A stretch of 32,544 nt of DNA, from the NCBI GenBank assembly GCA_964560625.1, contig CAZLMV010000001.1:3601-36144 (forward strand). The letters are read 5' to 3'. Shown here piece by piece: positions 16,629 through 24,941 of this stretch. Position 1 is the first letter of the stretch. Each line of letters opens with the position of its first letter. Made by a program: the position numbers and the translations under genes. Source of the DNA: an uncultured Bacteroides sp. (GTDB taxonomy: Bacteria > Bacteroidota > Bacteroidia > Bacteroidales > Muribaculaceae). The notes beneath the pieces were generated by a model. That model was given only the letters and a program-made list of their open reading frames with translations. It was not told the DNA's origin and did no database searches.

Positions 16629-18228
16629 GTTGCTCCATTTGTCTCTGCTGCTGATGATTATCGGCGGCTGCTTGACGTGGCTCACCTCCGTGCGCGGTTC
16701 CGTGCATCTCACTCCCGGAGTGGAGATGCACGATTTTATCGACTCTGAGGGCGAACTGCGGAAGTTGCCTTTCTCCCTGACCCTCAAGGAGTTTCAGACG
16801 GATTATTACCCCGGCATGTCCTTCCCGCGCGATTTCCGCTCGATCCTGAGCGTGGATGGCCGCGACGTGGAGATTTCTATGAATAAGATTGGTCGCGTGG
16901 GCGCCTGGCGGATCTATCAGCAGTCGTTTGACGGCCGCGGCGGCTCCGTCGTGGAGCTGGTGCGCGACCCCTGGGGAATCCTTGTGGTTTACCTTGGATT
17001 CGCACTCTTTGCTATTGCCGGATTGCCGATGCTTTTCGGCCGTAAAGCCTTGTCTATTTGCGCGTTAACCGTTGGCCTTGGTGCCATGGCCGCGCCGATT
17101 AACGAGGAGCAGCAAGTGGTGTTCAATGGTCGCGTCGTGCCGTATGCCACCGTGGCGTCCGAGCTGACCTTCAAACTCACCGGCAGTCAGAGCGTTGGCG
17201 GCATGAACCCCTCGCAGTTCGTCTATTCGCTGATGGAGTATCCGCAGCTCTGGGCCGAAAAGCCGTTTTTGAAGACCAAGGCGGGTTATGTCTCCCCCGC
17301 GTCGCTCTATGACGCTGACGGTCAATACATTCCGCAGCTGAAATATCGAGGCGGCGAGGGGAAAGACGACGCCGAATTGCTACGCATCGACGAAAAAATC
17401 GCCCTCTTGGGTCAGCTTTGGCAAGGGGAACTCTTCACCCCCGCGCCGCCCGAAAGTCAGCGCTCGCAGGCCTCCATACGCGCCGAGGTGATTTACGTTA
17501 AGATTCAGCCCGTCAAGTGGTTTTTCATGCTTGTGCTGACCCTCGGATTGCTGAGCATGATATGGAGCCGATTGGCCCGACGTTCGGCCATTGAGGCCTT
17601 AGTTTTGGCTGCGGGAATCTTTGCATGGCGCTGGTGGATAGCGGGTTATTGTCCCGTGGTCGGCACCGGCCAGGTGATGTTTTTCACCTCCGTTTGCCTC
17701 TGTGGTTGCGCCGTCGGGGTGGGGCGCAAATATCCTTTTGCGGCGGCTCTGGCGCTCGTGATGGCCGGATTTACCGCCCTAATCTCCTGGCTCAATGTCA
17801 AAAATCCGTCAATGACGCCCCTGATGCCGGTGCTCAACTCCCCCTGGCTGTCGATTCATGTCTCGCTCGTGATGATTGCCTATGCGCTGTTAGCCATGGT
17901 CAGTTTTCTCTCCTTGGCGTCGCTTTTCCGCCGACGCTTCCTCGTTCCGGCGCAAAAACTGCTTCCCATCGGGGTCTATTTCCTCGGCCTCGGAATCATT
18001 GTCGGCGCTATGTGGGCCAACGTTTCCTGGGGCCGCTACTGGGGCTGGGACCCAAAGGAAACCGCCGCCCTGATAACCTTCATAGCCTATAGCCTCCCCC
18101 TCCACCAATGGATCAAACCCCTAAAATCCCCCCGCCCCAAAGCCATCTACCTAACCGCCGCCTTCACAACCATCCTCCTAACCTACCTCGGCGTCAACTA
18201 CCTCCCCTCCCTCCACTCTTACCAATGA
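16615..18228 (+). CDS. ccsBA: Fused CcsBA (ResB-like + CcsA) system II cytochrome c synthase
   Basis: The Trp-rich haem-handling WWD motif WGRYWGWDPKE is at 18028-18060. The N-terminal region is ResB-like (FSLTLKEFQTDYYPG...RDFRS...YQQSF) and there are multiple TM helices. The ATG at 16615 overlaps the end of the RidA-like gene. Confidence 0.85.
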   Translation: MPRAKLLHLSLLLMIIGGCLTWLTSVRGSVHLTPGVEMHDFIDSEGELRKLPFSLTLKEFQTDYYPGMSFPRDFRSILSVDGRDVEISMNKIGRVGAWRIYQQSFDGRGGSVVELVRDPWGILVVYLGFALFAIAGLPMLFGRKALSICALTVGLGAMAAPINEEQQVVFNGRVVPYATVASELTFKLTGSQSVGGMNPSQFVYSLMEYPQLWAEKPFLKTKAGYVSPASLYDADGQYIPQLKYRGGEGKDDAELLRIDEKIALLGQLWQGELFTPAPPESQRSQASIRAEVIYVKIQPVKWFFMLVLTLGLLSMIWSRLARRSAIEALVLAAGIFAWRWWIAGYCPVVGTGQVMFFTSVCLCGCAVGVGRKYPFAAALALVMAGFTALISWLNVKNPSMTPLMPVLNSPWLSIHVSLVMIAYALLAMVSFLSLASLFRRRFLVPAQKLLPIGVYFLGLGIIVGAMWANVSWGRYWGWDPKETAALITFIAYSLPLHQWIKPLKSPRPKAIYLTAAFTTILLTYLGVNYLPSLHSYQ

Positions 18229-18234
18229 GGCGGG

Positions 18235-19368
18235 TTAGAGGGGTTTGATGAAGGAGCGGCGGCGTTTGTGTTGCTCGTAGTCGAAGTATTCCCATTGCGA
18301 CTGGACGTTGGTGTTGGTTTCCAGCTCGGGGTTGGTTTCGGCGGCGATGAATCCGCATTTCTGGAACGACGGAATCATGTTTTCGAAGAGCAGGGCGTTG
18401 ACTCCCTTGCCTTGATATTCCGGCTTGATGGCCACGAGCATCAGATCGACATAGTCGGTCTTGCCGAATTTCAGGGCCTTGAGGAGCGGATACCACCCGA
18501 AGGGAAGGAGTCGGCCGCGAGATTTTTGCAGCGCGCGGCTCAGCGAGGGCACGCTGATGCCTACGCCGACGAGGTTGTCCTCCTTATCAACAATCACGCA
18601 GACGCCGTCAAGGCGAATCAGCCCCAAGTACATGTCAATGTAATGGTCAATCTGGCGCGGAGTCAGCGGCGAATAGCCGTAGAGTTTGTCGTAAGCCTCG
18701 TTGATCACCTCAAACAGGGCGTGGCCATAACGTTCGGCAAGGAGCTTGCGCGAGGTCAGCTTGACCGTGTGCAGGCCGAAGCGCTTGCGCACAATCTCGG
18801 CCACGCGGCGCATCTTTTCCGGTATCTCATCAGGCACTTTCACCAAGAATTCCACCCAGTCGGCCTCTTTTTGGAAGCCGAGGCGCTCCATGTGTTTGGG
18901 ATAGTAGGGGTAGTTATAAATCGTGGCCATGGTGCCGAGGCGGTCAAAGCCTTCAATGAGCATTCCTTCATAGTCCATGTCGGTGAATCCGAGCGGACCC
19001 ACGAGGTGGTCCATCCCTTTTTCGCGTCCCCAGGCGCTGACCGTGTCAAACAGGGCGTCGACAACTTCCTCGTCGTCAATAAAGTCGACGAATCCGAAGC
19101 GGGCATCCTTGCGGCCGGTGCGCTCATTGACCGTGGAATTGATGATTCCGGCAATGCGGCCCACGGGTTTGCCGTCGCGATAGGCCATCCAGCAGCTACA
19201 TTCGCAGAAGTCAAAGGCCGGGTTGCCTTCGGGGCGCAGGGTGTTGACGTCGTCGCTGACCAACGGGGGCACGTAGCAGTCGTTGTCTTTGTAAAGGTCA
19301 ATGGCGAAGTCTACGAATTTGGTGAGTTCCTTCTTTGTGAGGGGTATCTGTTTAATTTCTACTGACAT
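18235..19368 (-). CDS. Two-domain GNAT-like acyl-CoA N-acyltransferase, substrate unknown
   Basis: A GNAT motif-A-like segment VAIKPEYQGKGVNALLFE lies in the C-terminal half. The N-terminal half is also acyltransferase-like (RIAGIIN...ARFGFVDFIDD). It is the last gene of the asnC operon. Confidence 0.55.
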   Translation of the reverse strand: MSVEIKQIPLTKKELTKFVDFAIDLYKDNDCYVPPLVSDDVNTLRPEGNPAFDFCECSCWMAYRDGKPVGRIAGIINSTVNERTGRKDARFGFVDFIDDEEVVDALFDTVSAWGREKGMDHLVGPLGFTDMDYEGMLIEGFDRLGTMATIYNYPYYPKHMERLGFQKEADWVEFLVKVPDEIPEKMRRVAEIVRKRFGLHTVKLTSRKLLAERYGHALFEVINEAYDKLYGYSPLTPRQIDHYIDMYLGLIRLDGVCVIVDKEDNLVGVGISVPSLSRALQKSRGRLLPFGWYPLLKALKFGKTDYVDLMLVAIKPEYQGKGVNALLFENMIPSFQKCGFIAAETNPELETNTNVQSQWEYFDYEQHKRRRSFIKPL

Positions 19369-19374
19369 GGTCTT

Positions 19375-20109
19375 TTAGGGATGATTGGTTACGATGACGG
19401 CGGCGAGGGCGGCCACCATGAGCGTCAGCGCCGTGATGATATAAATATAGAAGCGTGAGGTTGAGCCGCCGTGGAGGGCTACCTGGAGCTGCTGCACCGT
19501 GCGGTAAGGGTTCGGGCCGACGCATTTTTCGGCCACGGAGCGCAGATGGGGGTTCGGCTCGGGGCAGGCATCGAGAGCCTGCAGAAGGACGTGGCCAAAG
19601 TTACGGATATCTTCCGTAGTGTCAGCCACTTCCAACACGTTTTTCTGGTCAAAACCCACGTCGATGAGCTTGAGGTTGCGAATCTTCTCGGTAAAGATGA
19701 TCGACGAGGCCTTGATCGGGTGGTGGACAATATGGTTGGTCTGGATGTAATCAATGGCGTCAGGCACGCAGCGGGCTATTTTCTTGACGATATCCTCGGT
19801 CACTTCGCCGCGGGCTATGAGCTTTTCCAACGAGTCGCCATAGACGTCGTCGGTGATGATACACATGCCCAATCCGGGCACCTCCTCTAAGTCATTAATC
19901 ATAATGATATGGGCGTGGGCGAGGTTATATCTCACCTCAAACTCGCGGTTGAGCATGGATTGATATTCGGGGTTGTCGCGATACTCAGGTTTGAGGGTTT
20001 TGAGCATCACCCACTTACCGAACTTCTTGCCGGTGTAGACGTCATAGAAGTCCTCGCTCCATTCGGGCAGGAGCTCCAGCTCGGTCCATTTGTCCTTAGG
20101 GTCTGTCAT
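19375..20109 (-). CDS. Membrane-anchored protein-kinase-like protein with degenerate catalytic loop (predicted pseudokinase)
   Basis: Kinase-fold landmarks are present: beta3 Lys (VMLKTLK), alphaC Glu (LNREFEV) and hinge (IITDDVYGDSL). The catalytic loop reads IVHHPIKASSI instead of HRDLKxxN (HHP at 19717-19725). A DFG-like IDVGF follows. There is no Gly-rich loop and no APE segment, and the protein ends in a C-terminal TM anchor. Confidence 0.5.
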   Translation of the reverse strand: MTDPKDKWTELELLPEWSEDFYDVYTGKKFGKWVMLKTLKPEYRDNPEYQSMLNREFEVRYNLAHAHIIMINDLEEVPGLGMCIITDDVYGDSLEKLIARGEVTEDIVKKIARCVPDAIDYIQTNHIVHHPIKASSIIFTEKIRNLKLIDVGFDQKNVLEVADTTEDIRNFGHVLLQALDACPEPNPHLRSVAEKCVGPNPYRTVQQLQVALHGGSTSRFYIYIITALTLMVAALAAVIVTNHP

Positions 20110-20576
20110 ATGTTAGGGGGAGGGAGTATGGGGATTTCGCGGTCAATGCTGGAATCCAGCGATATGAGGGTTTCGGTGCCGGTCACTCCGGGAATCATCT
20201 GGATGCGGTCGTTGAGCAGTTGCATCAGGTGCTCATTGTCGCGGGCAAAGAGCTTGATGAGCATCGTGTAAGGCCCGGTGGTGTAATGACATTCAACCAC
20301 TTCGGGGATGTTTTGCAGATGAGGCACGGCGTCACGATACATTGCGCCCCTTTCGAGGTTCACGCCAATGTAAGTGCAGGTGGTGAATCCGAGGAATTTC
20401 GGGTTGACGTTATAGCCGGAGCCGGTGATGACGCCCAAGTCGATCATCCGCTGGATGCGCTGATGGATTGCGGCACGGCTGACGCCACATTCCGCGGCGA
20501 CATCTTTTGAGGGTATTCGCGCGTTGCGAATGACGATGTTTAATATCTTTTTGTCTAAGGAATCAAGCAGTTCCAT
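20106..20576 (-). CDS. Lrp/AsnC-family transcriptional regulator
   Basis: It has the N-terminal HTH (LDKKILNIVIRNARIPSKDVAAECGVSRAAIHQRIQRM) and a C-terminal RAM/ligand domain. I chose the ATG at 20576 because the -7 box at 20601-20608 excludes the TTG at 20603. The stop overlaps the next start (ATGA at 20106-20109). Confidence 0.88.
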   Translation of the reverse strand: MELLDSLDKKILNIVIRNARIPSKDVAAECGVSRAAIHQRIQRMIDLGVITGSGYNVNPKFLGFTTCTYIGVNLERGAMYRDAVPHLQNIPEVVECHYTTGPYTMLIKLFARDNEHLMQLLNDRIQMIPGVTGTETLISLDSSIDREIPILPPPNI

Positions 20577-20596
20577 AATGTAATTCATAAAAAAAC

Positions 20597-20632
20597 GTTG
20601 CAAAAGTAGCTATTTTTGCTGACTTTTGCAAC
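20597..20632 (-). promoter_or_regulatory. asnC promoter (-7 box TACTTTTG, 20601-20608) embedded in an 11-bp perfect inverted repeat (candidate operator)
   Basis: gttgcaaaagt (20597-20607) and acttttgcaac (20622-20632) are exact reverse complements. The left arm overlaps the TAnnTTTG box. Confidence 0.5.
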
Positions 20633-20669
20633 ATTTTGCTCAAAAAAATGATGTTTTGCCTAATTTTTT

Positions 20670-20972
20670 TTAGTCGGGGAGGATGACGGTCATTTGGCCA
20701 TTGGCCTTATTGACCATGTACATGGAGTTGGGGGTGACGATGGCCATGTGAGAGCCAAAATCGTGGGCCCCGCAGATGCGCTCAATCTCAATTGACTTCA
20801 GGGGTCCTTCACCCTTAAGGAAGGTCAGGCGGTCGCCGTCGAAGTCCACAAAGGGGGAGTCGATGGCAAAGTCCATCAGCTCGTGCATGTTGCGGTCAGC
20901 AACCACATCGGCGTTGGCGGGCAGGGAGTTGTATTTGTCAAAGATGATATTTACGAGATCAGTAGTAATCAT
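20670..20972 (-). CDS. Hypothetical cytoplasmic 100-aa protein
   Basis: The ORF runs from ATG 20972 (MITTDLVNIIF...). The N-terminal 34 codons of the track ORF look non-coding (low complexity). It has no signal peptide and I recognise no family. Confidence 0.45.
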   Translation of the reverse strand: MITTDLVNIIFDKYNSLPANADVVADRNMHELMDFAIDSPFVDFDGDRLTFLKGEGPLKSIEIERICGAHDFGSHMAIVTPNSMYMVNKANGQMTVILPD

Positions 20973-21118
20973 AATATTGTAAGTTTTAGTGTTGTTAAGT
21001 TCGTTGTTTCGTTCTTTCGTAGGCTTAACAAGCCCCCTCGGGGAAAGGTTTGTGTTGTTACAGCTTTGTAACATCTTTTTGACTTCTTTGTATCAATCCG
21101 CCCCTTTTTTAACAAAAC

Positions 21119-23110
21119 TTAGTAGGTAATGGTCAGGAAAAACTGGAAATTGATGCCCGGCATAGGGTGGCTCAGCACCGACATATAGTCCTCGTTAAAG
21201 AGGTTATTGACGGCAAATTCCATGTGCAAACTTAGCGGTTTGAGGCGCAGCGAACGGCTCAGCGAGACGTTGCTCATATAATAAGGAGGGAGGTAGCCGG
21301 TCAGTGTCGGCGAGTCGGTCGACATGGTGTAACGCCGCGAATAGTGGTTCCACTTATAAGTAAAAGCCCACTTTCGCCAGCTCAGTCGCCCAATAACCGA
21401 GGCCGAAACGCGCGGCTGATAGGGCAGCTGCCGACCAATGGAGCGGTCGGCCTCCGAAACCGGGTCGCCTTCATTAATTGAGGGAGTCCAGCTCCAGGAG
21501 CCGCTGAGGTCTAAGAGCCAGTCTTCATTTGGGCGCCAGAGGAGGTCGGCCTTGGCTTCGAGGCCGTAAGAATGTACGCGCTTGACGTTTTTAGGCGAAA
21601 AATAGCCGCGCGGCGTCGGGAGCCAGAGAATCCAGTTGTTCACGCGGTTTTCAAACCATGTCAGGGAGCCGGAAAGGTGCACTTGGCGGCTGAGAGGGAG
21701 GGAGAATGAGGCGCCGAAGTCGTAGTTAAACCCCTGCTCATCTTTGAGTTTAGGGTTGCCGCCGGGGAGGAAATAGAGGTCGTTTAGGGTGGGGACGCGA
21801 TGGTTTCGCGCCGCCGAGGCCTTGAGGGAGAGGTTTGAGGGCTGGTGGATCAGGAAGTCGGCAAAGAGTGCCGGAGTAAGTGGCGCAAACCGTTGGCCGA
21901 CAAGGTTTTGCCGCAGTGTAGCGCCGACTCCCAAGCGGCTGAGCGGCTGCCAGCGGGCGGTTGCGGCAAGGGAAAGCTCCGGGCGCGAGCGGTCAAATCC
22001 GGCTCCCGTGAGCAGGTCGCGGGAGTTGACAAAGTTATCCTCAAAGGTCAGCGAGGCGTTGAGCAGCAGATTGTTGCGCACGAAGAAGTCGGCCTCCACA
22101 GCCGCCGAGAGGGAGTTTTGGCGCGAGCGCGTCTGCGCCATGCTGACGTTCATTCCCGCGGCCACTTCCCGCTTGTAGTCATAGCGGCGCAGGGCGTTTT
22201 CATAGCCTATGCGGGCCTTTAACTGCCAGTGATTAAGTGGGATAGACATTGAGGCCGTGGCGCGCAGTGTGCGCTCGCGGTTGAGATTCAGAAACTCCGA
22301 GTCGGCGCCATAGTCAGTGGTGAGCATCGGCAGATGTCGCCGCAGGTTGGAGTACCACACGGCCATCTCCAATCGGGAGCCGCGAGTCGACGTGTAATAG
22401 ACCTCCTGCATCAGGTGGAGGTCGGCATACGCGCCGCTGCGGTTGCGCTCCCGCGGGTGATATTGACCCACGATATTATGGTCTGAGTCGTAGATATTCA
22501 GCTTTTTATCGTGGTTGGTAAAGGGATAGCGATTGGGCGACGAGGAGAATTTCGCGCGGGTTTTGAATTGCCAGCCTTTGGTGGCGTAACTTAGTTTGGC
22601 AAACTCGTCGAAGGCCCAAAAAGAGCCTACTCCCTGAGAGTATTGCGCATGAAATCCGTCGGCATCGTCGGCCGCGGTGGCGAGGCTGACGGCGCCGCCC
22701 AACCCGCCGGTACCGATGGCCACGGAGGTGGCGCCGTGGCTCACGTCCGCGCGGTCAATCAGAAAGGAGGGGATGGTGGAGAAATCGGTCATGCCCGACA
22801 TGGGGCTGTTCAGTCGCAAGCCGTTCCAGAGCACCTGAGTATGAGCCGCCGAGGTGCCGCGGATGCTGACGGTGGAGAGGGTAGCGCGCCCATGATTTTT
22901 GACGAAGAGAGCTGTGTTAAATGCCAATATATCAGCCATTGAGAGCGCCGTGTTCTCCTTTAAAGCCATGGAGTCGAGGCGAGTGAGCTGCGAGCCTATT
23001 TGCGTCAGCGGGCGCCGCGCCGTCACCGTCACCTCATTGAGGCTCCGGGGCGACTGGCCCGAGGCGGTCAATGCCGCCAAAAGCAACGTAAACAGGGCTA
23101 ATCTCCTCAT
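21119..23110 (-). CDS. btuB: TonB-dependent outer membrane receptor, BtuB-like (no SusC-type N-terminal extension)
   Basis: It has a signal peptide, a TonB box/plug (EVTVTARRP...), a 22-strand-barrel-sized protein and a terminal aromatic (...LTITY). It is the last large gene of a cobalamin-riboswitch-controlled operon. Confidence 0.8.
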   Translation of the reverse strand: MRRLALFTLLLAALTASGQSPRSLNEVTVTARRPLTQIGSQLTRLDSMALKENTALSMADILAFNTALFVKNHGRATLSTVSIRGTSAAHTQVLWNGLRLNSPMSGMTDFSTIPSFLIDRADVSHGATSVAIGTGGLGGAVSLATAADDADGFHAQYSQGVGSFWAFDEFAKLSYATKGWQFKTRAKFSSSPNRYPFTNHDKKLNIYDSDHNIVGQYHPRERNRSGAYADLHLMQEVYYTSTRGSRLEMAVWYSNLRRHLPMLTTDYGADSEFLNLNRERTLRATASMSIPLNHWQLKARIGYENALRRYDYKREVAAGMNVSMAQTRSRQNSLSAAVEADFFVRNNLLLNASLTFEDNFVNSRDLLTGAGFDRSRPELSLAATARWQPLSRLGVGATLRQNLVGQRFAPLTPALFADFLIHQPSNLSLKASAARNHRVPTLNDLYFLPGGNPKLKDEQGFNYDFGASFSLPLSRQVHLSGSLTWFENRVNNWILWLPTPRGYFSPKNVKRVHSYGLEAKADLLWRPNEDWLLDLSGSWSWTPSINEGDPVSEADRSIGRQLPYQPRVSASVIGRLSWRKWAFTYKWNHYSRRYTMSTDSPTLTGYLPPYYMSNVSLSRSLRLKPLSLHMEFAVNNLFNEDYMSVLSHPMPGINFQFFLTITY

Positions 23111-24162
23111 TTCCAGCAGAAAAATGTGGGTGTTACCCCGGCATAAAAGTGACTGATAAGCTCGCCGGAGGACGTATAGCGGTAAATCATCCCCGGCTGC
23201 TGATAATCTATGGCATCAGCAAGGTAAATCTCGCCCGACTCGGGCTCAACCGAGAGCGCATAATATATGGTGCCGCGCGAAGGAATCAGCGGCTCGGAGG
23301 GTAGGGCGGTGGCAGTGACGGGCATGGACATCACGTCGTCGTTGAGCCAGTAGAGCGTCTGCCCGTCGGGGCTGAGAGTGAGGCCTCGAGGGGTGTCGCC
23401 CGGGGTAAAATCAAGGCGAAAATCCACGGTCATGGTTGCGGCGTCAATGCGGAACAGTGCCGGTGTTTCCCAGCCCGTGGGCGAGCCGTCGTAGCCGCCG
23501 TCGGTGATGGTCCAGAGCTTGCCGTTGGCGTCGATTACTAACGAATTAGGTTGCAGTCCCACAGCGACTTGCGCATCGACCACGTCCCGCTCCGAGTCGA
23601 TGCGGATGATACGGTTTTGGTAGCTCCAGCAGTTGCAGTAGACGTATTTTCCCCGCTGGACCATGCGCTCCGTTGACCCCACTGACGCCTCCATGCCCGG
23701 CACGTCAATGGCCCCGGTCACGGAGTAAGTCTGCGGGTTGAAAATCAGGATGCGGTTGTCCCAAAGCTGGGTCACGTAGGCCTTCTCCGGCGAGATGAAA
23801 TGCACATAACGCGGCGAAGTCAACCCCTCAACGCGCCCGGTTTCGCGCAGCGTGGTCAGGTCAATTGCAAACACTGCGTGGGAGTTATTGACGGCAATCC
23901 AGCCGCGATTACCGCCGATGGTCATTGACTGGGCTACGTCGCCGAGTTTCATCCCGTTGGCGCGGTAAAATACTTCGTTTTCCACCCGGTCCGTAGCCGG
24001 GTCATAGAAGCTCAGAGTGGCGTTGCCATACTGGAAATTGCCCTCGCAGACAATGAAAAGACCCTGCGGCGGGCAGGAAAATTCTTCCTCCTCGCCGTAG
24101 TCCCAGCGCATGCACCCCGTCAGGAGCAGCATGCCGGCAATTATAACTCCTTGAAGCCGCAA
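23107..24162 (-). CDS. btuG: Beta-propeller surface lipoprotein, BtuG-like (YncE-type repeats)
   Basis: The TTG start gives the lipoprotein signal MRLQGVIIAGMLLLTGC. Repeated propeller-blade-like segments are visible. It sits immediately upstream of, and overlapping, btuB, as BtuG does in the Bacteroides B12 loci. Confidence 0.6.
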   Translation of the reverse strand: MRLQGVIIAGMLLLTGCMRWDYGEEEEFSCPPQGLFIVCEGNFQYGNATLSFYDPATDRVENEVFYRANGMKLGDVAQSMTIGGNRGWIAVNNSHAVFAIDLTTLRETGRVEGLTSPRYVHFISPEKAYVTQLWDNRILIFNPQTYSVTGAIDVPGMEASVGSTERMVQRGKYVYCNCWSYQNRIIRIDSERDVVDAQVAVGLQPNSLVIDANGKLWTITDGGYDGSPTGWETPALFRIDAATMTVDFRLDFTPGDTPRGLTLSPDGQTLYWLNDDVMSMPVTATALPSEPLIPSRGTIYYALSVEPESGEIYLADAIDYQQPGMIYRYTSSGELISHFYAGVTPTFFCWK

Positions 24163-24938
24163 ACTTCCGTGGATATTTCGCCGAGGGCGCCCGCTTGGGC
24201 ATTGACGGCGGTTTGCACTTTGATGAAGTCAACGGGCGCGCTAAGATGGAATTCCGTCCATTGCTTTTGGGTGTCAGAGCCGGAATTATCCACGTAGCCC
24301 CAGGGGTAAGGCTGGTGGTTCCAGCGGCCGTTTTCCTCCACGGAAAGTGAGGGGAGGAGAGTGCCGCTCAGGGTGTAGGAGTCGGCCGCGATCCATGCCG
24401 GATAGTAATAATCTTGCTTATGGAAGGAGGGAACGTAGGCAATCTCGCCGCTATTGCCCTGATTATCAGTCCATTTTACAGGGCTTTTCGGCTCGGCGGG
24501 GCGATAGTAGGTGATTTGATAGTTGGCGATGGTGCCGGCTTCTTGGCTGTGGGGCAGTTCAACCCAGACGCCGTCGTCGGGCAGGCCGTTGCCGTTTGCG
24601 TCGGTCATGGCGTAGACTATTCCCGGCTCGTTGGAGCCCGCGAAGTTGTTGCCTTTGATGGCGAAGTTTTTGACGCTGTGGCCCGGGTCAAAGATGATGT
24701 ATCCGCCGAAGCCGCCTAAGGAGACGAATTTTTCCTCGGCGAGGCGCTCTTCGGCCCAGAGGATAGCCTCTTCGGGGGTGGTGGCGGTCATCCCTTCGTT
24801 GATGAATTGGCCGGGCGCAGGAGTGTAGTTTAGCACGCGAAATTCGCCGCGCTCGCGCCCGGATTCGGTCGGGTCATCCGTGCTGCAAGAGGCTAATAGG
24901 ACGCAACCTAAGGCTAAAAGGAGGGTGGATTTTTTCAT
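24141..24938 (-). CDS. Surface lipoprotein of unknown function in the B12 operon
   Basis: It has a lipobox (LLASCS), is 265 aa and is tightly packed between the DUF4465-like gene and the BtuG-like gene. Confidence 0.55.
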   Translation of the reverse strand: MKKSTLLLALGCVLLASCSTDDPTESGRERGEFRVLNYTPAPGQFINEGMTATTPEEAILWAEERLAEEKFVSLGGFGGYIIFDPGHSVKNFAIKGNNFAGSNEPGIVYAMTDANGNGLPDDGVWVELPHSQEAGTIANYQITYYRPAEPKSPVKWTDNQGNSGEIAYVPSFHKQDYYYPAWIAADSYTLSGTLLPSLSVEENGRWNHQPYPWGYVDNSGSDTQKQWTEFHLSAPVDFIKVQTAVNAQAGALGEISTEVCGFKEL

Positions 24939-24941
24939 GTC

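Noticed and set aside
18268-19365. A 365-aa plus-strand ORF almost exactly co-extensive with the minus-strand GNAT-like gene.
   Set aside because: It is a mirror-frame antisense ORF of the kind GC-rich, codon-biased genes generate. Its translation is V/G/A/H-rich and motif-free, whereas the minus-strand product has a GNAT motif and sits in a tightly coupled operon.
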